From an uncultured Chloroflexia bacterium (lineage in GTDB: Bacteria; Chloroflexota; Dehalococcoidia; DSTF01; JACRBR01): a stretch of 64,000 nt of DNA. This document shows, piece by piece, positions 62,980 to 64,000 of this stretch; position 1 is the first letter of the stretch, and each line of letters begins with the position of its first letter. Below the pieces are notes generated by a model, which worked only from the letters and a program-made list of their open reading frames with translations, was not told where the DNA came from and did no database searches. The stretch covers positions 1,537,847-1,601,846 of the forward strand of contig OY969567.1 of the NCBI GenBank assembly GCA_963701135.1, in the 5' to 3' direction. The position numbers and the translations under genes are program-made.

Positions 62980-64000
62980 GGCCGAGCCTGTCTGACCTGG
63001 CGAAGCAGAAATTCGACGTCATCGGTCATCGGCGGCGGCATCAACGGCGCCGGCATCGCCCGCGAGGCAACGCTGGCCGGCTACCGGACGCTGCTCGTGG
63101 AGCGCAACGACTTCGGCGCCGGCACGACGTCCCGCGCCACGCGGCTGATCCACGGCGGCCTGCGATACCTGGAGCACGGCGAGTTCGGCCTCGTCTACGA
63201 GTCCCTCGGCGAGCGCGAAACGCTGGTGCGCGAAGCCCCGCACCTCGTGCGGCCGCTGCGGCTGCTCGTGCCGGTCTACCGCGACGATCACGCGTCCGCC
63301 CTGGAAGGTGCGCGCCGGCCTCGTCATGTACGACCTGTTCTCGTTCCGCAAGTCGATGCCGCGGCACCGCGCGATGCCCGACGGCGCGCTCGACGGCTAC
63401 GAGCCGGGCCTTAGCCGCGACGGCCTGCGCGCCGCCTTCACATTCTACGACGCGCAGGTCGAGTTCCCGGAGCGCCTCGTCGCGGAGTCCGTGCGCGACA
63501 TGACGGACGCGGGCGGCGTCGCGATGAACCACACCGTGTGCGAGCATCTCATGTCGCCCGGCGGCGTGCTGCGCGCGCTCGCCCTCCGCGACGAGCTCAC
63601 CGGCGAGAAAGCGGAGGTCGAGACGGCCGTCGCCATCAACGCCGCGGGCCCGTGGGTCGATGCCGTCCTCGCCGGCACCGACGCCGAGCGGCACGACCGC
63701 CTCATCGGCGGCACGAAGGGGAGCCATCTCGTCGCCGAGTGGCCGGACGGCCCGCGTCATGCCGTCTTCGCGACGGCGAAGGAGGACGGCCGGCCGTTCT
63801 TCATCCTGCCGTGGTACCGCTACACGCTCGTCGGCACCACGGACCTGCGCTACAACGGCGACCCGTCGGCCGCGCAGTGCACGCCCGACGAGCTGCGCTA
63901 CCTGCTCGACGAGGCGAGCCGCCTCTTCCCGTCGTCGCCGCTGCGCGCGGAGCACGTGCTGTACACGTACAGCGGCATCCGCCCGCTGCCGTACACCGAC
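62976..64000 (+). pseudogene. glpD: FAD-dependent glycerol-3-phosphate dehydrogenase (3' end outside window), at least two frameshifts (about 63024, 63297)
   Basis: GTGA overlap with the glpK stop. FDVI then VIGGGINGAGIAREATLAGYRTLLVERNDFGAGTTSRATRLIHGGLRYLE in the next frame. After ...VPVYRDDH, a third frame gives PWKVRAGLVMYDLF...INAAGPWVD...GTKGSHLV...LPWYRYTLVGTTD... to the window end. Confidence 0.8.

Noticed and set aside
62130-63503. 457-aa plus-strand ORF across glpK/glpD
   Set aside because: Only short pieces are genuine ([17 protein letters not shown] and the glpD N-terminus up to FDVI), and they arise from frameshifts. The rest is Arg-rich out-of-frame translation.

Overview
This is a 64-kb, very GC-rich bacterial chromosomal segment (third codon positions are almost all G/C). 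All calls come from reading the sequence and ORF track and from motif recognition by memory; no searches were run.

Most of the window is housekeeping:
- 7TM-HD (PgpH-like) protein, pyrD, typA, rarA, htpX, and an AcsA-like ligase.
- A T-box-regulated thrS, then rnhB-yraN, ftsH, and an ABC-F ATPase.
- rplU-rpmA-rpmE and hisF-hisI.
- The conserved block rpsB-tsf-pyrH-frr-uppS-cdsA-dxr-rseP-ispG, followed by glpK-glpD.
- One tRNA-Pro(UGG).

The T-box leader, a 167-aa EF-Ts, a ThrRS without a TGS domain, and two archaeal-type genes suggest a Chloroflexota-like lineage. That is inference only.

Unusual content:
1. A 1.3-kb lower-GC islet with a RelE-like toxin. It is bracketed by a 63-bp direct repeat made of the tRNA-Pro promoter plus the tRNA 5' half.
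2. A lone archaellin-like (class III signal peptide) gene divergent from rplU.
3. A translin-like gene.
4. Five families of 7-8-nt tandem arrays (STRR-like) at gene boundaries. Three loci are arranged as inverted pairs.
5. A 2 x 149-bp tandem element with 11-bp terminal inverted repeats.
6. Two perfect 30-bp repeats with a palindromic core.
7. An IS110 transposase fragment.
8. A VapC-type PIN toxin pair.

Roughly two dozen single-nucleotide frameshifts interrupt at least 13 otherwise well-conserved genes, including ftsH, uppS, rnhB and glpK. These are most plausibly indel errors in the assembly. Those genes are given as whole-gene spans and typed pseudogene.

I found no rRNA, no CRISPR array, no intact transposase or integrase, and no recognisable multi-gene defence system.
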